Source: a virus
Lineage: Duplodnaviria; Caudoviricetes
DNA: 38,975 nucleotides
Direction: 5' to 3' (one strand)
Virus record (IMG/VR): IMGVR_UViG_3300005804_000002
Coordinates: 1 to 38,975 of that record
Shown here: piece after piece, positions 35,149 to 38,975 of the stretch
Layout of the letters: the number at the start of each line of letters is the position of its first letter
Numbering within the stretch: position 1 is the stretch's first letter
Notes under the pieces: generated by a model
What the model was told of the DNA's origin: nothing
Seen by the model: the letters and a program-made list of their open reading frames with translations, nothing else
The model's database searches: none
Made by a program: the position numbers and the translations under genes

Positions 35149-36117
35149 ATGAATGGTATGCATATGGACGGAGCTAGATTTGTATTGAACGCAGCCGATT
35201 TCATCGGCACTGGTGCGATTCATGTACCTGTATTTGAAAAGGAGATTCTTGATCTCACTCGCAAGCGTGGTGTTGCTTTCCAACGCATTAAGGCCAAGAA
35301 GGCAACTGGTCATCCGACTCGTTATTTTGAGAAACTGGTGCAAACGAACAAGGCCGGGTTTGTTGATCCTCGTGCGCTGACTCATGCAATGAACAGCACT
35401 CCGAATCGTGTAGAACGGTCGGCAAATATTCGTGCTTTGGTGAACGGTATTACCTTCTCCAAATTCGATATTGAGGTTACGGAGGATCAAGGCTTGTTCA
35501 ATGATCTGCAAGCGGAAGACTTGCAGGAAATGATCACCGACATGGGTCGTCTGCAAGACGAATTGCTGTGGACGGGTGCTGCAGCTAACCTGTTGGATGG
35601 CACTTCTGCGGAATATTGCGGTCTGTTGACGCAGATTTCTCGCACTGGTCTTGTTGGCGATGTTCGCATGACGCAAGCCATTAAGTCCGAAGTGGCTGCT
35701 ATGGCTGCTGTCAAGGGGTATGATGTACGGCCTACGGCTGTTTACATGAATCCGCTTACGCTCGATATGTTGGAAAACGAAGAGCTGGCTGCCAATGACA
35801 AGACCAAATGGTACGATGTCGAGGTTGTTGCAGGTATCAAGGTTAAAGGCATTATGACGGCTGTTGGTATCTTGCCGTTGATCGCCGATCCGTTCCTGCC
35901 GATTGCTGACGGTGGCACGACGAACGATCACAAGATCGTAATTGCATCCGAAGGCTTGTTGGAACGCCACTATGTGAAGTCGGAAGTTCCTCGTCTGTAT
36001 CAGATGGGTACTACGGCTGACCTGGCTCAACGGTTCGTGGCTGTTCAGTTCGATACGGTCATTGCTAAAGGTGCAGGTTACGCTCACGCTGTCCTCACCA
36101 AAAAGGTAACGAAGTAG
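35149..36117 (+). CDS. Major capsid protein
   Basis: Position after scaffold, 322 aa, HK97-like features (EYCGLL, PTAVYMNP), terminator downstream. Confidence 0.88.
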   Translation: MNGMHMDGARFVLNAADFIGTGAIHVPVFEKEILDLTRKRGVAFQRIKAKKATGHPTRYFEKLVQTNKAGFVDPRALTHAMNSTPNRVERSANIRALVNGITFSKFDIEVTEDQGLFNDLQAEDLQEMITDMGRLQDELLWTGAAANLLDGTSAEYCGLLTQISRTGLVGDVRMTQAIKSEVAAMAAVKGYDVRPTAVYMNPLTLDMLENEELAANDKTKWYDVEVVAGIKVKGIMTAVGILPLIADPFLPIADGGTTNDHKIVIASEGLLERHYVKSEVPRLYQMGTTADLAQRFVAVQFDTVIAKGAGYAHAVLTKKVTK

Positions 36118-36121
36118 TTTT

Positions 36122-36146
36122 AAGGGTGGGTTAATCCCACCCTTTC
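36122..36146 (+). terminator. Terminator after capsid gene
   Basis: AAGGGTGGG-TTAAT-CCCACCCTTT. Confidence 0.8.
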
Positions 36147-36172
36147 TATTTCAGCCTTGGAGGTGAAGAATA

Positions 36173-36409
36173 TTGGCTAATGTCGGTAGAAGCAAGAAGA
36201 TCCAAATGATTAAGCAGGAAGTAGAGGCCAAAACAACGGAGGCTATTGAAGCTGCTTTTGAGGTGGTCGAGCTTATTGGTGACATCATTGATTCGGTTGG
36301 CGACCATACTGTTTACCTTAAGCAGGGGTATGTTAGATTCAAGGATGGTGTAGCTGAAGTCCGAGCCGAGGTTGCAGCAGAACTCCGCAAACTAGGGTTG
36401 GTGAAATAA
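36173..36409 (+). CDS. Small head-associated protein
   Basis: RBS GGAGGTG; FKDGVAEV motif. Confidence 0.6.
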   Translation: MANVGRSKKIQMIKQEVEAKTTEAIEAAFEVVELIGDIIDSVGDHTVYLKQGYVRFKDGVAEVRAEVAAELRKLGLVK

Positions 36410-36410
36410 G

Positions 36411-36962
36411 GTGGCTTACTTAACTGAGGCAGAGATTGAACAATACTGCCGGACGATTCCCGGCGTAACGATGACAGAGGTCGAAATCGCCTCTGGATTG
36501 ATTGATAGCTTTGTCGGCAAGACATTCGATGTTCAGACCGTTACTGAAACTGTTCATCTAAACAGGCAGAGAAGGGGCAAGCTCAATAGTGTCCCGGTTG
36601 TGAGTATCGATAAGGTAGTTGCAAAAGGACATGGAATGTTTGGCCTCACCACGGAAGAGCTGTCGGTTAATGACATTGAACTAGATGGCGAAGGCGATGG
36701 TCGCTTTACCTACTATGGCTCTGGTGGCTTGAATAACCTGATTTACGGTGGTTCTTTCCATAGCCTTACCGTTACCTATAAGTCTGGTTATGCTCAATAT
36801 CCGAAAAATCTCAAGCTTGCCTGTGCTATGCTTGCCCAGAATGTTAAGCAGCGCAGTTCATTTGGTGGCGAGAAAACTATTTACTCCTTGGACTACCGTG
36901 TTGAAATGTCCGATGATAGCTTTTTCACTTCTGACATCAAAATGCTGTTAAAGGGGTTGTAG
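36411..36962 (+). CDS. Head-tail adaptor
   Basis: YLT..E...ASGLIDSF...VTYKSGY..YPKNLKLAC. Confidence 0.8.
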   Translation: MAYLTEAEIEQYCRTIPGVTMTEVEIASGLIDSFVGKTFDVQTVTETVHLNRQRRGKLNSVPVVSIDKVVAKGHGMFGLTTEELSVNDIELDGEGDGRFTYYGSGGLNNLIYGGSFHSLTVTYKSGYAQYPKNLKLACAMLAQNVKQRSSFGGEKTIYSLDYRVEMSDDSFFTSDIKMLLKGL

Positions 36963-36964
36963 TA

Positions 36965-37516
36965 ATGATAAATTTCTTCGCTAATCAAAAAAGAATGGTT
37001 GCCATTGAGGGCAAGGGGCAAGAGGGAATGGTTTTTTCCAGATCAGGACGGTCATCTTCGCTGTTTAAGATGAACAATGTCTACGAGGCACTCTTGGATG
37101 ATAACTCCCAAGTTACCGATGGCGACATTGTTACTGATGGCGAAGATAAGTATTTTATTGTCGGTATTCGGCAAGGATTCCGGGCAGCGCAAGCTCGATT
37201 ATATAAAGCCAATGCAACAATTGATGTCATTAGAATCGTTAAGCACTTCACCAATGGTACGCATGATGGTTTTGCCGAGAGTCTGGTTGTCACATTACCT
37301 GCTATGCAAGAAACCGTAACGGCAAACATGAAGGTGTACGATGCTGGCCTTCTCCCTAATACGGTAAAACGAATCGTCATCCCGATTTGTGGTGTGCAGC
37401 TATTGGATCGGATAAAGATTGGCTCTGATAAATTCCAAGTCGATGCCATCGACGATACGACATACAGCGGATTGCTGTCCATTCAATGCTCTATTGACAA
37501 GAGGGTGACCAAATGA
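36965..37516 (+). CDS. Head closure/neck protein
   Basis: Position; beta-rich (LDRIKIG..KFQVDAID). Confidence 0.6.
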   Translation: MINFFANQKRMVAIEGKGQEGMVFSRSGRSSSLFKMNNVYEALLDDNSQVTDGDIVTDGEDKYFIVGIRQGFRAAQARLYKANATIDVIRIVKHFTNGTHDGFAESLVVTLPAMQETVTANMKVYDAGLLPNTVKRIVIPICGVQLLDRIKIGSDKFQVDAIDDTTYSGLLSIQCSIDKRVTK

Positions 37517-38088
37517 AGTCATCCGATAAGCTAATGCGAGAAATTAAGGCCGTACTCGAAATGTGGTCTGAGCATATCGCAACAGAGGTTATGACTCGTT
37601 GGATGCAGATCGGTTATAGTCCAAACCTAAAAGGACAGGCCGAAGTAAAGACTCGCATTAAGAAAGAAGTCGAGAGTGTTATTCTCATGGAGATTTCTGG
37701 AATGGGGCAAAGGGCTTTAATCATGGAATATGGTCGTGGTTCGGAGATGGATATGACTAATCCTTACTTGGATGAATATATGAGATGGTCTGGATTCAAC
37801 CAGAATCGTCAAAGTCAAGGTATGGCAATTTTAACAAGACAGCCAGGTGAAACATATTCCGATCTTGATGGCAAAAAGCGTAAAAGCACTGCGAAACAAG
37901 CCGGGTTCAACTTGGAGAACACAGGCAAGCCACAGTATCAGCCGGAAGAGCCACATCATGTTATTCGCAATATTGTATGTGGCGATGATGGTGAGCAAGG
38001 AGTGCTTAATGCCATTCTGGACGATATAGCAGAGGTAGTTTTACTGTATGACTTCTTTGAAAAAATGCCTAAAGACTTAAAGCTCTAG
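37513..38088 (+). CDS. Neck/tail completion protein
   Basis: ALIMEYGRG motif; position. Confidence 0.6.
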   Translation: MKSSDKLMREIKAVLEMWSEHIATEVMTRWMQIGYSPNLKGQAEVKTRIKKEVESVILMEISGMGQRALIMEYGRGSEMDMTNPYLDEYMRWSGFNQNRQSQGMAILTRQPGETYSDLDGKKRKSTAKQAGFNLENTGKPQYQPEEPHHVIRNIVCGDDGEQGVLNAILDDIAEVVLLYDFFEKMPKDLKL

Positions 38089-38099
38089 GTGGTGATCGT

Positions 38100-38501
38100 G
38101 TGCGAACTGCATTTAAAACGCAAGACCAAATTTTTGACTTGCTACGCAACGACCAAGAGCTAATGACCTTACTAGGTAGTCCGGCAACGGATGAAGAGAT
38201 AAATATAAAGCTCAAGCGAGAGATGACTTCGATTGATGTGTTTAACACAGACGATCTTGATTTCATCTCTTTTTATTTTATCAACGCAATGCCGACTCGA
38301 AACCACAAGGTCAATAGGGGAGTATTGGTCATTGATTACTTCACATCCCTTCGCTATAACGCAGGGGAGTTGAGCGAGAGAGTTAAGACGGTGCTTGCAG
38401 ATAAGCTCGATCTTCAGATTATGTCTGAGGGTCAAATACCAAGTGGCATTGTTGGTGTTTACCAATATCGCCAACGCTTTATGCCCCTTATTTGGGGTTA
38501 A
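38100..38501 (+). CDS. Tail terminator-like protein
   Basis: IFDLLRNDQELMTLLG; precedes tail tube gene. Confidence 0.6.
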   Translation: MRTAFKTQDQIFDLLRNDQELMTLLGSPATDEEINIKLKREMTSIDVFNTDDLDFISFYFINAMPTRNHKVNRGVLVIDYFTSLRYNAGELSERVKTVLADKLDLQIMSEGQIPSGIVGVYQYRQRFMPLIWG

Positions 38502-38533
38502 ATTTTACAAATCACACGAAAGGATGATGTGGA

Positions 38534-38975
38534 ATGGCAAAGAAAAGTTTCTTCCTTCAAGGCGTAGGTTCTGGTTACTTGATTGGTTCGGATGGTGGCC
38601 TGTTGCCGTTGTGCGACCTTCAAGACATGACGATTGAAATCAGCACGACTATGGAGAATGTGTATGGTGGGGATGGTGCTTTCCCGATCTTCAACTTCAT
38701 TAAAGAGAAGTCTGCACAGTTCACCTTCACGAGTGCTTCTTTCGACATTGATATGCTGAAAGTTAGTCAGGGTGCTAGCGTGGTAAGCGGTGGCGATGTA
38801 GCAGGTGAGGATGTAATTACGGTTGCTACTGGCGCAGGTGCTTTAAGCGTAACTTCTGGCATTGATGTTTCTAGCGTGGTAGTTGTCGAAGAGGCTACTG
38901 GCAAGGTGTTCACGAAGGTTGCTTCTGCTCCTACGGCGGGACAATTTACGGTCACCAGTGGAGGTGTCTATTTAG
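38534..38975 (+). CDS. Major tail (tube) protein, truncated by window end
   Basis: Open frame MAKKSFFLQGVG...LQDMTIEIS...VYGGDGAFPI to the end of the window; RBS GAAAGGA. Confidence 0.7.
   Translation, partial: MAKKSFFLQGVGSGYLIGSDGGLLPLCDLQDMTIEISTTMENVYGGDGAFPIFNFIKEKSAQFTFTSASFDIDMLKVSQGASVVSGGDVAGEDVITVATGAGALSVTSGIDVSSVVVVEEATGKVFTKVASAPTAGQFTVTSGGVYL

Larger units (their letters stand above)
1..38975. mobile_element. Temperate prophage (left end through tail tube gene), integrated at tRNA-Pro
   Basis: tRNA 3' end, then integrase, repressor, replication genes, TerL, portal, capsid and neck/tail genes in canonical order. Confidence 0.96.

Noticed and set aside
35113-36087. 324-aa antisense ORF over the capsid gene
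   Set aside because: Shadow of biased codon usage in the capsid gene; no RBS or recognisable motifs
1-38975. Genome-wide stop-codon reassignment
   Set aside because: Genes are full length in code 11 and TAG, TGA and TAA are all used as stops; the tRNA anticodon is CCA, not a suppressor

Overview
The window is the left ~39 kb of a temperate tailed prophage, probably from a spore-forming Bacillota host (inferred from sigma-A/sigma-H-type promoters and strong AGGAGG RBSs). It starts in the 3' half of a tRNA-Pro(GGG), the likely att core. In order it carries: (i) integrase and XRE repressor; (ii) a rightward replication and nucleotide-metabolism arm (ERF recombinase, primase-helicase, BRO antirepressor, Cas4-like nuclease, dNMP kinase, RusA, class II RNR, ATP-dependent ligase, ThyX, dUTPase, sigma-like regulator, metallophosphoesterase); (iii) a second Xer-like recombinase; (iv) a leftward block of small accessory genes at 22.0-27.4 kb; (v) a ~1.2 kb non-coding divergence region; (vi) the packaging/head/neck module with PhoH and a tRNA-Trp, running off the end inside the tail tube gene. 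The most notable feature is the leftward block. It is preceded by a sigma-H-type promoter and cut into pieces by three intact type II hammerhead ribozymes. Two of these sit directly upstream of two separated genes that resemble the methyltransferase domain and the accessory domain of the phosphorothioation(dnd)-associated putative methyltransferase. Lar-like, DUF932 and Gp88-like genes lie in the same block. Two distinct multi-copy operator families, a tRNA-Trp with three G-U acceptor pairs and a switch-like RNA before terL are also visible. All family calls come from motif recognition; no database search was run.
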